A stretch of DNA of 64,000 nucleotides from the NCBI GenBank assembly GCA_046313635.1, contig JBKBYA010000009.1:69911-133910 (forward strand), in the 5' to 3' direction. The first letter of the stretch is position 1. Each line of letters begins with the position of its first letter. The notes below the pieces were generated by a model. The model did not search any database, had not been told where the DNA came from, and saw only the letters and a list, made by a program, of their open reading frames with translations. Shown in pieces: positions 9,002-19,920 of the stretch. This stretch comes from Pyrinomonadaceae bacterium. GTDB lineage: Bacteria > Acidobacteriota > Blastocatellia > Pyrinomonadales > Pyrinomonadaceae. A program made the position numbers and the translations under genes.

Positions 9002-9046
9002 ACGGCCCCGCTAACGATCAGACGCCTTGCCGAACCAAACCCAACT

Positions 9047-10276
9047 TCAGATCAAATGAACGAGTATCCCGTCCTTCAGCTTCGGCTCGAACCACGTCGA
9101 CTTTGGCGGCATGATCTCGCCGGCGTCCGAGACGGCGAGCAGGTCGTCCATCGTCGTCGGGTAGAGCGAGAACGCAACCTCCGCGTGACCCTCGTCGACG
9201 AGCCGCTCGAGCTCGGCCGTTCCCCGCCGCCCGCCGACAAAGCTTATGCGATCGTCGGTCTGCACGTCTGTGACGCCGAGCACAGGTGCGAGAATAAAAT
9301 TCTGCAAGATGCTCACGTCGAGCCGCTCGATCGGGTCGGGTTCGCGAATGTAGTTGACGGCAAACCGCAAAAGGTACCATCGACCGCCGCCGAGGTACAT
9401 ACAAATATCGCCGTGGCGATCGGGCTGCTTCTCGCTTGAGCTCGAGACGATGAAGTTCTCTTTGAGCCGTTCAAGGAATTCGTCCTCGCTCATGCCGTTC
9501 AGGTCGGCGACGACGCGATTGTAGGCGAGTATGCGGCAGTCCTCGGCCGGGAAGATGCCGGCCATGACAAAGTTGTAGTCCTCGTCACCCGAGTGCTCGG
9601 CGTTGGCGTCGCGCAGCCGCGCGCGGGCCGCGTCGGCACTCTCGGCGCGATGGTGGCCGTCGGCGATGTAGAGCGAATCGATCTCGGCAAACGCGTCGAC
9701 GAACGGCTGCGGATCGGCGATCTTCCAGAAGGTGTGCCGCACGCCGAGCAGGCATTTGAAGTCGTACAGCGGCTCGCCCCCGACGGCGTCGTTCAGCAGC
9801 GCGTGGATCTCGTCCGTCCCACGAAACGCGAGAAAGATCAATCCCGTCTGCGCGCGGACGGCGAGCAGGTGGTCGGTGCGATCCTTCACCTTGTCGGGGC
9901 GCGTCTTTTCGTGCTTTTTGATCAGGCCCGATTCGTACTCGTCGAGCGAGCAGCACGCGACGATGCCCGTCTGCGTGTGTGTGCCGGTCTCGAGCCGGTA
10001 AACGTAGAGGTCAGGCTCGTCCTCGACGAAGTATGTGCCGCTCTCGAGCAGGTGCTGCAGGTTTTGACGGGCACGCTCGAAGATCTCGTGCGAGGTCGGA
10101 TGCGAACCTTCGGGAAATTCGGCCTCGGCCCGCGTGACGCGAAGGAATGTGTACGGATTGTTGCGGACGGCCTCGCGGGCCTCCGACTCGTGCACGATGT
10201 CGTACGGGACGCACGACACCTGCTCGGCTTTTTCGGGTACGGGTCGAAGCGCCCGAAACGGTCTGATGGTCGCCAC
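9047..10276 (-). CDS. DUF1015 family protein
   Basis: IRPFRALRP, PYD, IKKHEKTRPDK, YIADGHHR, MPPKSTWFEPKLKDG. Confidence 0.92.
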   Translation of the reverse strand: MATIRPFRALRPVPEKAEQVSCVPYDIVHESEAREAVRNNPYTFLRVTRAEAEFPEGSHPTSHEIFERARQNLQHLLESGTYFVEDEPDLYVYRLETGTHTQTGIVACCSLDEYESGLIKKHEKTRPDKVKDRTDHLLAVRAQTGLIFLAFRGTDEIHALLNDAVGGEPLYDFKCLLGVRHTFWKIADPQPFVDAFAEIDSLYIADGHHRAESADAARARLRDANAEHSGDEDYNFVMAGIFPAEDCRILAYNRVVADLNGMSEDEFLERLKENFIVSSSSEKQPDRHGDICMYLGGGRWYLLRFAVNYIREPDPIERLDVSILQNFILAPVLGVTDVQTDDRISFVGGRRGTAELERLVDEGHAEVAFSLYPTTMDDLLAVSDAGEIMPPKSTWFEPKLKDGILVHLI

Positions 10277-10300
10277 CAAATTCTCCTGGATGCTCTCGGG

Positions 10301-10774
10301 TTAAGGCGTCGTCGGCTGACGGCCCTGGTTGATCGCGTCGTTGAGCTCGCGTTCGCGCTGATCGAACTCCTGCATCATCTGATCGGCAAAGCCCTTTTTG
10401 TCGATCCGCCATTCGTTGTTCTCTTTGACGAAGGGAATGGTCTCCCACGCGCCGAACGAATTCTTGACCTCGATCGTCGCCCTGTCGCCGTCGATCTTCT
10501 CGTTGCGGTACTCGACGGTCGTCTGGCCCTCGCCGAGCAAGGTCTCGCGCTTTACGACGTCGTCGACGGTCACGCCCTGCGCCTTGGCCTCCTGCTCGTG
10601 CATCTTGAGCGTCTCGCTCGAGAGCAGCAGCTTCATCGTCGTGATGTCTTTATTCTTAAAGGCCTTGACGTAGGTCTTAAAGGTCTGTACCGGCGACGCC
10701 GGCTCGCTCGTGCCGCCGCAGGCCGCGGCGATCAGCAGCAAAACAAATAAAAGCCCTGTCGCGAGAGGACGCAT
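10301..10774 (-). CDS. Lipoprotein, NTF2-like/DUF4878-like
   Basis: Lipobox AAAC; EKIDGDRATIEV...FVKENNEWRID. Confidence 0.7.
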   Translation of the reverse strand: MRPLATGLLFVLLLIAAACGGTSEPASPVQTFKTYVKAFKNKDITTMKLLLSSETLKMHEQEAKAQGVTVDDVVKRETLLGEGQTTVEYRNEKIDGDRATIEVKNSFGAWETIPFVKENNEWRIDKKGFADQMMQEFDQRERELNDAINQGRQPTTP

Positions 10775-10857
10775 AATTGATGAGCAAAAACCCGAATCGA
10801 TATACTCTGTTCTCAAAGACCTGAGTATATCGCAACCGGTGAGGAGCTTAAAAAACG

Positions 10858-11139
10858 ATGGAACGCAGAGCGCTTGAACCCGCGGAGATCGAGGACCGTC
10901 TGGCCGAGCTGAACGGCTGGGAGACGGACGGCGGCCGGCTGGTAAAGAAATTGAAGTTCGCCAATTTTGCCGAGGCGCTTGAGTACGTGGATCGGGTCGG
11001 AGCGCTTGCAGAGGCGGCCGACCATCACCCGGACGTCACCTTCGGCTGGGGCTACGCCGAGATCGCCCTGACGACGCACGACCGCGGCGGCGTGACCGAC
11101 GTCGATATCGCTCTCGCGCGGCAGATCGACACGCTATAA
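10858..11139 (+). CDS. Pterin-4-alpha-carbinolamine dehydratase
   Basis: AEAADHHPD, LTTHDRGGVTDVDIALA. Confidence 0.93.
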   Translation: MERRALEPAEIEDRLAELNGWETDGGRLVKKLKFANFAEALEYVDRVGALAEAADHHPDVTFGWGYAEIALTTHDRGGVTDVDIALARQIDTL

Positions 11140-11223
11140 ATTGCGCACGCCGTCGCGAGGCGATAAAATCTTGGTTTTGGCCGCCAGGACAAAATTCAAA
11201 CAATAAGGATTTAAGAACTGCTT

Positions 11224-12693
11224 ATGTCGAATGTACCTATTACGGTTGCACATGGCGACGGCATCGGGCCGGAGATCATGGACGCGACGCTGCATATCAT
11301 AAAAGAGGCCGGTGCCCGCATCGACATCGAGACGATCGATATCGGCGAAAAGGTTTACCTCTCGGGCAACACGGCCGGCATCGCTCCGGAGTCGTGGGAT
11401 TCGCTCCGGCGTACAAAGGTCTTTTTGAAGGCCCCGATCACGACGCCGCAGGGCGGCGGCTTTAAGTCGCTCAACGTCACGGTCCGCAAGACGCTCGGCC
11501 TGTATGCGAATATTCGCCCGTGCGTCTCGTATCACCCCTTCGTCCGTACCAAGCACCCGGTGATGGACGTCGTCATCGTCCGCGAGAACGAAGAGGACAC
11601 GTATGCCGGCATCGAGCACCGCCAGACGCAGATGGTCGAGCAGTGCCTCAAGCTCATCACGCGGCCCGGCTGCGAAAAGATCGTCCGCTACGCCTTCGAG
11701 TACGCGGTCCGCAACAACCGTAAAAAGGTCACCGCCTTCATGAAGGACAACATCATGAAGCAGACCGACGGCCTGTTTCACAAGGTCTTTGACGAGATCT
11801 CGCAGGAGTATCCGCAGATCGAGGCCGATCACTGGATCGTCGACATCGGCGCGGCAAAGATGGCCGACACGCCGGAGAATTTCGACGTTATCGTGATGGA
11901 AAACCTCTACGGCGACATCCTCTCGGACGTCGCGGCTCAGATCGCCGGCTCGGTAGGTCTCGCCGGCTCGGCAAACATCGGCGAGCACATCTCGATGTTT
12001 GAGGCGATCCACGGCTCTGCCCCGCGCCGCGCGGGCCAGAACCTCGCCAATCCGTCGGGTCTCTTCCTCGGTGCGGTGATGATGCTCGTCCACATCGGCC
12101 AGCCCGATGTCGCCGAGCTCGCGCACAACGCGTGGCTCAAGACGATCGAGGACGGCGTCCACACTTACGACATATTCAAAGAAGGCGTCTCGAAGGAGAA
12201 GGTCGGCACCAAAGAGTTTGCTCAGGCCGTCGTCGACCGCCTCGGTCAAAAGCCCGAGACGCTCAAGCCCGTCGAGTACAAAAAGCTCGATGAGGTCGCC
12301 GCCGCCGACCAGAAGCCGCTCTACACCGTCCGCGAGCCGCAGAAGAAAGAGCTCAAGGGCGTCGACGTCTTTATCGACTGGTGGAACGGCAAATGGTACG
12401 GCGCCGCCGACGACCTCGGGCCGCAGGTCGAAAAGATGGGCACCGACGGCCTCAAGCTCGTCATGATCTCGAACCGCGGCACAAAGGTCTACCCCAAGGG
12501 CCTGCCCGACACCTTTTGCGTCGATCACTGGCGCTGCCGCTTCATGGCCGAGAATCAGGGCGACACGATCACGTTCCAGCAGGTGATCGACCTGCTCCAA
12601 CGCTTTAAGGATGCCGGTCTCGACGTTATCAAGACCGAGCACCTCTACTACTTCGACGGCGAGCCGGGCTTTGCCCTCGGACAGGGTCAGTAA
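11224..12693 (+). CDS. icd: NADP-dependent isocitrate dehydrogenase
   Basis: GDGIGPEI, KAPITTPQGGGFKSLNV, RENEEDTY, NLYGDILSD, FEAIHGSAP, ISNRG, DHWRCRF. Confidence 0.96.
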   Translation: MSNVPITVAHGDGIGPEIMDATLHIIKEAGARIDIETIDIGEKVYLSGNTAGIAPESWDSLRRTKVFLKAPITTPQGGGFKSLNVTVRKTLGLYANIRPCVSYHPFVRTKHPVMDVVIVRENEEDTYAGIEHRQTQMVEQCLKLITRPGCEKIVRYAFEYAVRNNRKKVTAFMKDNIMKQTDGLFHKVFDEISQEYPQIEADHWIVDIGAAKMADTPENFDVIVMENLYGDILSDVAAQIAGSVGLAGSANIGEHISMFEAIHGSAPRRAGQNLANPSGLFLGAVMMLVHIGQPDVAELAHNAWLKTIEDGVHTYDIFKEGVSKEKVGTKEFAQAVVDRLGQKPETLKPVEYKKLDEVAAADQKPLYTVREPQKKELKGVDVFIDWWNGKWYGAADDLGPQVEKMGTDGLKLVMISNRGTKVYPKGLPDTFCVDHWRCRFMAENQGDTITFQQVIDLLQRFKDAGLDVIKTEHLYYFDGEPGFALGQGQ

Positions 12694-12717
12694 AGGCCGT
12701 ATCGGCGGTGAATATCG

Positions 12718-12760
12718 GATGAGGGACACGGTTGCGTTTGTCCCTCATCTTTCTTATTTT
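12718..12760 (+). terminator. Rho-independent terminator after icd
   Basis: gatgagggaca / tgtccctcatc stem followed by T-rich tail. Confidence 0.75.
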
Positions 12761-12768
12761 TGAAGCGA

Positions 12769-13452
12769 ATGTTGAGTCGTCTGAATTTTTGCCGGCTGTC
12801 TCGGCCGGTTGCCGCCGCGGTACTTTTGCTTGCGGCGGCGCAGCTCTCGCTTTCGCAGGCTCCGACGCCCAGGCATCCGAAGACGATCTACCTCGACTCG
12901 AACGGCCGGCCGATCTCGAATAACGAATTCGTCGATCTGCGGCTCGCTAATCCCGCCGACAAGACCGACCCGGCGACCAAGCGGATCACGGACGACGGCG
13001 ATACGGAATTTGTGATCAAGGCTCCGAGGCAGGAGGGCACGAGGGCGCCGGAGTTTGAAGTGCCGACGATCGACGGCAAGCTCTACCGCTCGAGCGATCT
13101 CAAGGGCAAGGTCGTCGTCCTCAACTTCTGGTTCATCGGCTGTCCGAACTGTCTGGGCGAGCTCGTCAATCTCAACAGCCTCAGATCAAAATTCAAGGAC
13201 GAAAGAGATGTCGTCTTTATCGCCGTCGCGCCGGATACGCCGGCCGAGATCCGTTCGTTCATCAAACAAAATCCTTTCAGCTACGAGCTCGTCGGCTCGG
13301 CGCGTTCGATCGTGGACCTTTTCAACTTTCGCGGTTTTCCGCGCAACATCGTGATCGGCCGCGACGGCCGCATCGCGTATTGGCGTTCGGTCGTGTACGC
13401 GTGGGACAAATTTGAATCGGTGATCCGAGAGGAGCTCGACAAAAAGTATTGA
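12769..13452 (+). CDS. TlpA-family thiol:disulfide oxidoreductase
   Basis: Signal peptide; [21 protein letters not shown] cis-Pro loop. Confidence 0.88.
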   Translation: MLSRLNFCRLSRPVAAAVLLLAAAQLSLSQAPTPRHPKTIYLDSNGRPISNNEFVDLRLANPADKTDPATKRITDDGDTEFVIKAPRQEGTRAPEFEVPTIDGKLYRSSDLKGKVVVLNFWFIGCPNCLGELVNLNSLRSKFKDERDVVFIAVAPDTPAEIRSFIKQNPFSYELVGSARSIVDLFNFRGFPRNIVIGRDGRIAYWRSVVYAWDKFESVIREELDKKY

Positions 13453-13453
13453 T

Positions 13454-13951
13454 ATGAGCGAGAACCAACACGCGCCGCTCGTCGGCGTGATCATGGGCAG
13501 CAAGTCGGATTGGTCGACGATGAAGGCGGCCGCGGAGACGCTCGGCGAATTTGGCGTGCCTTTTGAGGCCAGGGTCGTCTCGGCGCACCGCACGCCGGAC
13601 CTTTTGTTCGACTACGCAAAGTCTGCCGAGTCGCGCGGTCTCGAGGTGATCATCGCCGGCGCGGGCGGCGCGGCGCACCTTCCGGGAATGTGCGCTTCGC
13701 AGACGGTCCTGCCCGTGCTCGGCGTGCCGGTCAAAAGCAAAGCGCTGAAAGGTCTCGACTCGCTCCTGTCGATCGTGCAGATGCCGGCCGGCATCCCGGT
13801 CGCAACGCTCGCGATCGGCGAGGCGGGCGCGCGAAACGCCGCGCTTCTGGCCGTCTCGATCCTCGCCAATTCGCGGCCCGAGCTGCGCGAGAAACTGCGC
13901 GAATTTCGCGGAAAGCAGACGCAGGAAGTATTGGAGTCGTCGCTGGATTGA
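13454..13951 (+). CDS. purE: N5-CAIR mutase
   Basis: [39 protein letters not shown]. Confidence 0.98.
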   Translation: MSENQHAPLVGVIMGSKSDWSTMKAAAETLGEFGVPFEARVVSAHRTPDLLFDYAKSAESRGLEVIIAGAGGAAHLPGMCASQTVLPVLGVPVKSKALKGLDSLLSIVQMPAGIPVATLAIGEAGARNAALLAVSILANSRPELREKLREFRGKQTQEVLESSLD

Positions 13952-14032
13952 GAAACAGGCCGAGTGAATTTACCAGCGATCGATAGCCGAGCCGAGATAT
14001 TGCCTTGTTAACGAGAAATTGTCTCTGTTGAT

Positions 14033-15175
14033 GTGAATAAGCTAGTCCTTCCAAACTCGATCATCGGCGTTTTCGGCAGCGGACAGTTGGGCCGCATGTT
14101 CGCGATCGAGGCGCGCAAGATGGGGTATCGCGTGCACACCTTTTCGCCCGACAGCGATACGCCGACGGGACAGGTGGCCGACATCGAGACGTCGGCCTCG
14201 TACGACGATCTCGACGCGGTCCGCGAGTTTGCGCGCAGTGTGGACGTGGTCACATTTGAATTTGAGAATGTCCCGTCCGCGACCGTCGACGCCGCGGCTG
14301 AGCTGGTCGAGGTGCATCCGCGCGGCGACATTCTGCACACGACGCAGAATCGCCTTCGCGAAAAGACGTTTCTCCGCGACAACGGCTTTCCGGTCGCGCG
14401 GTTTCGCCACATCAGGCTGCTCGACGACCTGCACCGCGGCGTCGCCGAGCTCGGCACGCCGTGCGTGCTCAAGACGGCGGGCTTCGGCTACGACGGCAAA
14501 GGCCAGGTCAAGATCGGCGCGATCGGCGAGATCGAGGCGGCCTTTGAGAGTCTCGGCGGCAGCGACGGCGTTTTGGAGGAATTTGTCGATTTTGAAAAAG
14601 AGGTCTCGGTCGTCTGTGCACGCGCGGGCGAGGGCGGGTTTGTCCATTACGGCGTGATCGAGAACGAGCACTCCAAACACATCCTCGACGTCTCGCTCGC
14701 CCCGGCCGCCATTCCGCGAAAGATCTACGGCCAGGCGATCGAGATCGCCCGCAGCCTGACGCACAAGCTCGAGTACGTCGGCACGCTCTGCGTCGAATTC
14801 TTTTTGACCAACAGCGGCGAGCTCCTCGTCAACGAGCTCGCGCCGCGGCCGCACAACTCGGGCCACCTGACATTTGACGCGTGCGTCACGTCGCAGTTTG
14901 AGCAGCAGCTCCGCGCGGTCTGCGGCCTGCCGCTCGGCTCGACCGAATATTACAAACCCGCCGCGATGGCCAATCTGCTCGGCGATCTCTGGCAAAATGG
15001 CGAGCCGCGCTGGGACGGCGCTCTCGATGCCTCGAACGTTAAGCTGCACCTTTACGGCAAGAGCGAGCCGCGGCCTGGACGCAAGATGGGCCACATCACC
15101 TCGCTCGCCGACACGCCGGAGCTGGCCGCCGCCAACGTGCGCTCGGCGCGCGAGCGGCTGCTCGTCCGGAGCTAG
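14033..15175 (+). CDS. purK: N5-CAIR synthetase
   Basis: GSGQLGRM, TFEFENV, GYDGKGQ, NELAPRPHNSGH, HLYGK..RPGRKMGH. Confidence 0.98.
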   Translation: MNKLVLPNSIIGVFGSGQLGRMFAIEARKMGYRVHTFSPDSDTPTGQVADIETSASYDDLDAVREFARSVDVVTFEFENVPSATVDAAAELVEVHPRGDILHTTQNRLREKTFLRDNGFPVARFRHIRLLDDLHRGVAELGTPCVLKTAGFGYDGKGQVKIGAIGEIEAAFESLGGSDGVLEEFVDFEKEVSVVCARAGEGGFVHYGVIENEHSKHILDVSLAPAAIPRKIYGQAIEIARSLTHKLEYVGTLCVEFFLTNSGELLVNELAPRPHNSGHLTFDACVTSQFEQQLRAVCGLPLGSTEYYKPAAMANLLGDLWQNGEPRWDGALDASNVKLHLYGKSEPRPGRKMGHITSLADTPELAAANVRSARERLLVRS

Positions 15176-15271
15176 GCATCGGCATCGCCGACAAAATGAC
15201 GCTTCCCGATCCGCCGGGGTCTGTCCTATAATCCTACGCGACCTTATCATCCCTCTTGGAGGCCCACGACC

Positions 15272-16642
15272 ATGCGACATCGCCCCTTCATCTTTTTGGT
15301 GATCCTAAGCGCTCTTCTCTGCCTGCCCCAGCTCTCGATCGCGCAGTTGTTGCAGATCGACGAGGTCGAGGGCAAGTCGACGCCCGGTCTCAACCGTTCA
15401 CGCGGGGCGAGAATGCTCAGGGAGATCAAGGACGCGCTCGAGACCTACTACTACGACAAGAATTTCAAGGGCATCGACATCGACGCCAAATTCAAAGAGG
15501 CTGCCGAAAAGATCAAGACGCTCGAGACCAACGCGCAGATCTTCCGCGTCATCGCCGGCGTGCTGCTCGAGTTTAACGACTCGCACACGAGGTTCTTTCC
15601 GCCGGGCCGGTACAACCGCGTCGATTACGGCTTTACGATGCAGGTGATCGGGGACAAATGCTTCGTCGTCGACGTAAAGAAGGACAGCGATGCCGAGAAG
15701 AAGGGCATTAAACTCGGCGAGCGAATTTTGAAGGTCGGTCAGTACGACGTCACGAGAGACTCGCTCTGGGTGCTGAATTACTTTATCTACCAGCTTGAAC
15801 CGATGCCCGTGCTGCCGGTGACCCTCGCGGACGAAAAAGGAGCGCAGCGAACGATCGTCGTCGAGGCGTCCATCAAGACCCGTGCACAGCGCCTGAAGGA
15901 GTTTGAGGCGCGACGCAAGGAGCCGGCCGTAAAGCCTTTCAAGTGTGCAAAGATCTCGGCTGCTTTGACGGCATGCAAGCTGTCGACATTCAGCGTCGAA
16001 AAGAAGTACATCGACCAGATGATGAAAGAGGCCTCAGCCGGCTCGAAGCTGATCCTCGACCTGCGCGGCAATCGCGGAGGATACGTCAAGATCGAGGAGT
16101 ATCTGACGGGCTTTTTCTTCGACCGCGAGGTCAAGATCGCCGACATGATATCGCGCGGCAAGACCGATACGAGGATCGCCAAGCCCGTTCGCGACCGGCG
16201 GTTCGCGGGTGACCTCGTCGTGCTCATCGACAGCAACTCGGCGTCGGCGTCCGAGGTATTTGCGAGGCTGATCCAGATCGAGAAACGGGGAAAGATCGTC
16301 GGCGACGTCAGCGCCGGCGCCGTGATGACGAGCTACGGTCTCTCGATGGCGATCGAGCGCGGGCCCGACGGATTTCAGACGATCACGCCATACGGCCTCA
16401 ACGTCACGGTCGCGGACCTCGTGATGAACGACGGCAATCGCCTCGAGAATGTCGGGGTCGTGCCGGATCATCCGGTCGGCCCGTCGCCATTCGCGCTGGC
16501 AAAGCGTACCGATCCGGTGCTCTCATTCGCCGCCGGTCTGCTCGGTGAAAAGTTCTCGTCAGAGGATGCGGGCAAGCTCGAGTTTCTCTTCAAGCAGATC
16601 GAGGATGACGATGAGGATGTAAAGACCAATGACGAGCCGTAA
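15272..16642 (+). CDS. S41 family peptidase
   Basis: DSHT, PDZ-like segment, ILDLRGNRGG, SASASEVF, LENVGVVPD. Confidence 0.9.
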   Translation: MRHRPFIFLVILSALLCLPQLSIAQLLQIDEVEGKSTPGLNRSRGARMLREIKDALETYYYDKNFKGIDIDAKFKEAAEKIKTLETNAQIFRVIAGVLLEFNDSHTRFFPPGRYNRVDYGFTMQVIGDKCFVVDVKKDSDAEKKGIKLGERILKVGQYDVTRDSLWVLNYFIYQLEPMPVLPVTLADEKGAQRTIVVEASIKTRAQRLKEFEARRKEPAVKPFKCAKISAALTACKLSTFSVEKKYIDQMMKEASAGSKLILDLRGNRGGYVKIEEYLTGFFFDREVKIADMISRGKTDTRIAKPVRDRRFAGDLVVLIDSNSASASEVFARLIQIEKRGKIVGDVSAGAVMTSYGLSMAIERGPDGFQTITPYGLNVTVADLVMNDGNRLENVGVVPDHPVGPSPFALAKRTDPVLSFAAGLLGEKFSSEDAGKLEFLFKQIEDDDEDVKTNDEP

Positions 16643-16682
16643 GGCCGCCCGCGCGTACCGCTCGCCCTCGTTCGATCGTCAG

Positions 16683-16713
16683 GCCCGCCCGATAATGGGC
16701 GGGCTAAACTTTT
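16683..16713 (+). terminator. Stem-loop, possible terminator
   Basis: gcccgccc-gataat-gggcgggc followed by taaactttt. Confidence 0.5.
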
Positions 16714-16779
16714 ATCGCGAACTTCCGTATCATCGAGGCGGTTCCAACCTAAACCAACTTTTTTGTGAGTCGACCCGAA

Positions 16780-19700
16780 ATGATCAAACGCACACTCGTC
16801 GTGTCGGTAGGCTATCTGCTTATCGCTGTTTCAATCGTTCTTCAAGCCAACGCCCAGACGGGTCCAAATTCACCCACGGATGCATTATCCAATCTCTCCT
16901 GGCGTTCGATCGGTCCGGCGAATATGGGCGGCCGCGTGGCGGACGTGGAGGGCGTCGCGGGCAACCCGAATATCGTCTATGTCGCAACGGGCTCGGGCGG
17001 CATCTTCAAGACGACCAACGGCGGTATGACGTGGACGCCGATCTTTGACCGGCAAAATACGATCTCGGTCGGCGACATCGCGCTCGAGCCCGGCAATCCG
17101 GACGTGATCTGGGTCGGCACCGGCGAGTCGAATACGCGAAATTCGGTCAGCTTCGGCGACGGCGTCTATCGCTCGACCGACGGCGGCAAGACCTGGAAGC
17201 ATCTCGGTCTCGCCGAAACCAACACGATCTCAAAGGTCGTCATTCACCCAAAGAACCCCGATATCGTGTACGTCGCGGCGGTCGGCCGCGTCTGGGGGCC
17301 GAACGAGGAGCGCGGCGTCTTTATGACGACAGACGGCGGCAAGACCTGGCAAAAGACGCTCTACATCGACCCGCAGCACGGCGCCTCCGACCTCGTGATC
17401 GACCCGCAAAATCCGAACATCCTTTATGCCGGAATGTGGCGATTTGAGCGAAAGCCGTGGACGTTCACCTCCGGGTCGGACAAGGGCGGCGTGTTTCGCT
17501 CGACCGACGGCGGCCGCACGTGGAGCAAGGTCGAAAAGGGCTTGCCTAAGATGATCGGCCGCATCGGTCTCGACGTCTCACCGGCCAACCCCGACGTGGT
17601 GTACGCAATTCTCGAGGCAAAGGAAGGCACGCTCTACCGTTCGGACGACAAGGGCGAGACGTTTCGCCAGGTGCACCGCAATCAAAACATCGTCTCGCGC
17701 GGCTTTTACTACACGACGGTCCGCGTCGACCCGACCAACGAGAACAAGGTTTACGCCGTCGCGTCGCTGCTCTTTAAGTCGCTCGACGGCGGCCGCACAT
17801 TCAGCCGCATCTCGCCGGCGACGCACATCGACTTTCACGCGCTCTGGATCGACCCGCAAAACCCGAAGCGGATGTGGCAGGGCCAGGACGGCGGCGTTGC
17901 CGTCTCGTACGACGAGGGCTCGAGCTGGGAGTACGTCAACAATTTTGCGGCCGGGCAGTTTTACCAGATCTTTGCGGATAATGCCGCACCGTTTTACAAC
18001 ATTTCGGGCGGGCTGCAGGACAACGGCACCTGGGTCGGCCCGTCGCGCAATCGCGAGCCGTCGGGCATACACAACGACGATTGGCGGATGATCAGTTTCG
18101 GCGACGGATTCTTTGCGGTGGCGCATCCCGACAACCCGGACCTCTTTCTCACCGAGTCGCAGGGCGGCAACGTCGTGCGGACCGATATGAAGAATCGCGA
18201 GCAGCAGCTCGTCGTTCCATTCTTCGGCGCTGGCGGCGCGGCCGAGTTTGACAAGGTGCGCTTTAACTGGAACGCGCCGCTCATCCCTTCGCCGCACGAC
18301 AAGAACACGGTCTATCTGGCCGGGAGCTCGGTCTATAAGACGACCGACTTCGGCCGGACGTGGACCGCGATCAGCCAGGACCTCACGACCAACAACCGCG
18401 AGCGGCTCAAGAATGCAGGCGGGCCGATCTTTAACGAGAACACGTCTGCCGAGTATTACGGCACTGTCATCTCGCTCGCCGAGTCGCCCGTCGAGCGCGG
18501 CCAGATCTGGGCCGGCACCGACGACGGCAATGTGCAGCTCACCAACGACGGCGGCAAGACGTGGACGCTGCTGACCAAGAACTTTACCGACCTGCCCGCC
18601 GACTCGCCCGTCTCGCACGTCGAGCCGTCGCGCACCGGGGCGAATATCGCATACGTCGCATTCGACCGGCACAAGCTCGACGATTACCGGCCATACGTTT
18701 ACAAGACGACCGACGGCGGCCGCACGTTTACGAGCATCGCGGCAAACCTGCCGGCAAAGGCGTACGTTCATGTCGTCAAAGAAGACCCGAAGAATGCGAA
18801 TCTGCTCTACGCCGGCACCGAGCTTGGCCTGTACGCAAGCTGGGACGGCGGCCGTTCTTGGTCCGAACTCAATCTCAAAAATCTGCCGCGCGTCGCCGTG
18901 CACGACATCATCGTCCACCCGCGCGACAACGATCTGATCCTCGGGACGCACGGCCGCAGCATCTACGTCTTTGACGACGCGACGCCGATCCAGCAGATGA
19001 ATGCAGAAGTTGCGGCCTCGGACGCGTACTTGTTTGACGTGCGCCCGGCGTACCGCTTCAGCACGCGTATGACGCGGTATGGTGTCGGCGACAAGATCTT
19101 TCGCGGACAAAATCCGCCGTCGGGAGCTCTGATCACTTACTATCTCAAGAACAGGCCCGACGACAAGACGCAGGTCAGGATGCAGGTGCTCGACGCCGGC
19201 GGCCGCGTGGTCTTTGAAAATAAGAACGTCGCAAAAGAAAAAGGTCTCAACCGCGTCACGTGGGGTCTCAGACACGAGGGAGCGCGGCTTCGCCGTCCGC
19301 CGTCCGCCGAGCAGCTCGAATTTGCCGGCCCGCCGCAGGGCCCGCAGGTCCTGCCCGGCACGTACAAGGTCAGGATATTCGCCGGCGACAAGCTCGTCGG
19401 CGAACGCACGGTCGAGGTGCGGGTCGACCCGAGTGTTCAGGTCGCCGCCGACGACCTGCGGACGCAGTACGAGATGGCGATGAAGCTCCGCGATATGGTC
19501 TCGCTGATGAATGACGGACTCCGCCAGCTCGACAGCATCAAGGCCCAGACCGACCAGATCGAGTCCGTCGCCAAGGACCGGCTCGGCGAGGTGCCGGCCG
19601 ATCTGACCAAGGCGATCGCCGACTTTAGAAAGCGGACGAGCGACTTCATGGCCGAGCTGGCCGTCAGCGAAGAGGACTCTAACTGGGCGCCGTCGCGCTA

Positions 19701-19920
19701 CGCCGACCAGTTGAGCGGGCTCTACTTTACGGTCTCAGGCGGCAACGCCGCGCCGACGCCGACGATGAAGGAAAACTTCGAGATGCTGCAAAGGGAGTTT
19801 CCGACGCGAATGTCGGGTCTGAACCGCTTCGTCGCGGACGAGGTGGCGAAGTTCAACCAGACGCTGCAGAAATACGGCCTCAGCGTGATCGTCCCGGGCA
19901 AGCCGGTAGAGCCGAAGTAG
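16780..19920 (+). CDS. Secreted BNR/Asp-box (sortilin/VPS10-like) beta-propeller protein
   Basis: WRSIGPANMGGRV, many (S/T)xDGGxTW repeats, GGLQDNG, GTHGRS. Confidence 0.88.
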   Translation: MIKRTLVVSVGYLLIAVSIVLQANAQTGPNSPTDALSNLSWRSIGPANMGGRVADVEGVAGNPNIVYVATGSGGIFKTTNGGMTWTPIFDRQNTISVGDIALEPGNPDVIWVGTGESNTRNSVSFGDGVYRSTDGGKTWKHLGLAETNTISKVVIHPKNPDIVYVAAVGRVWGPNEERGVFMTTDGGKTWQKTLYIDPQHGASDLVIDPQNPNILYAGMWRFERKPWTFTSGSDKGGVFRSTDGGRTWSKVEKGLPKMIGRIGLDVSPANPDVVYAILEAKEGTLYRSDDKGETFRQVHRNQNIVSRGFYYTTVRVDPTNENKVYAVASLLFKSLDGGRTFSRISPATHIDFHALWIDPQNPKRMWQGQDGGVAVSYDEGSSWEYVNNFAAGQFYQIFADNAAPFYNISGGLQDNGTWVGPSRNREPSGIHNDDWRMISFGDGFFAVAHPDNPDLFLTESQGGNVVRTDMKNREQQLVVPFFGAGGAAEFDKVRFNWNAPLIPSPHDKNTVYLAGSSVYKTTDFGRTWTAISQDLTTNNRERLKNAGGPIFNENTSAEYYGTVISLAESPVERGQIWAGTDDGNVQLTNDGGKTWTLLTKNFTDLPADSPVSHVEPSRTGANIAYVAFDRHKLDDYRPYVYKTTDGGRTFTSIAANLPAKAYVHVVKEDPKNANLLYAGTELGLYASWDGGRSWSELNLKNLPRVAVHDIIVHPRDNDLILGTHGRSIYVFDDATPIQQMNAEVAASDAYLFDVRPAYRFSTRMTRYGVGDKIFRGQNPPSGALITYYLKNRPDDKTQVRMQVLDAGGRVVFENKNVAKEKGLNRVTWGLRHEGARLRRPPSAEQLEFAGPPQGPQVLPGTYKVRIFAGDKLVGERTVEVRVDPSVQVAADDLRTQYEMAMKLRDMVSLMNDGLRQLDSIKAQTDQIESVAKDRLGEVPADLTKAIADFRKRTSDFMAELAVSEEDSNWAPSRYADQLSGLYFTVSGGNAAPTPTMKENFEMLQREFPTRMSGLNRFVADEVAKFNQTLQKYGLSVIVPGKPVEPK

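Noticed and set aside
8584..9114. ORF containing KRMKRMIRMLRI
   Set aside because: Translation artefact of the 9-bp periodic repeat
11134..12729. 531-aa antisense ORF over icd, and similar long ORFs at 17578-19275, 34688-36352, 36331-38088, 40129-41397, 44131-45609
   Set aside because: Shadow ORFs caused by high-GC codon bias opposite well-supported genes
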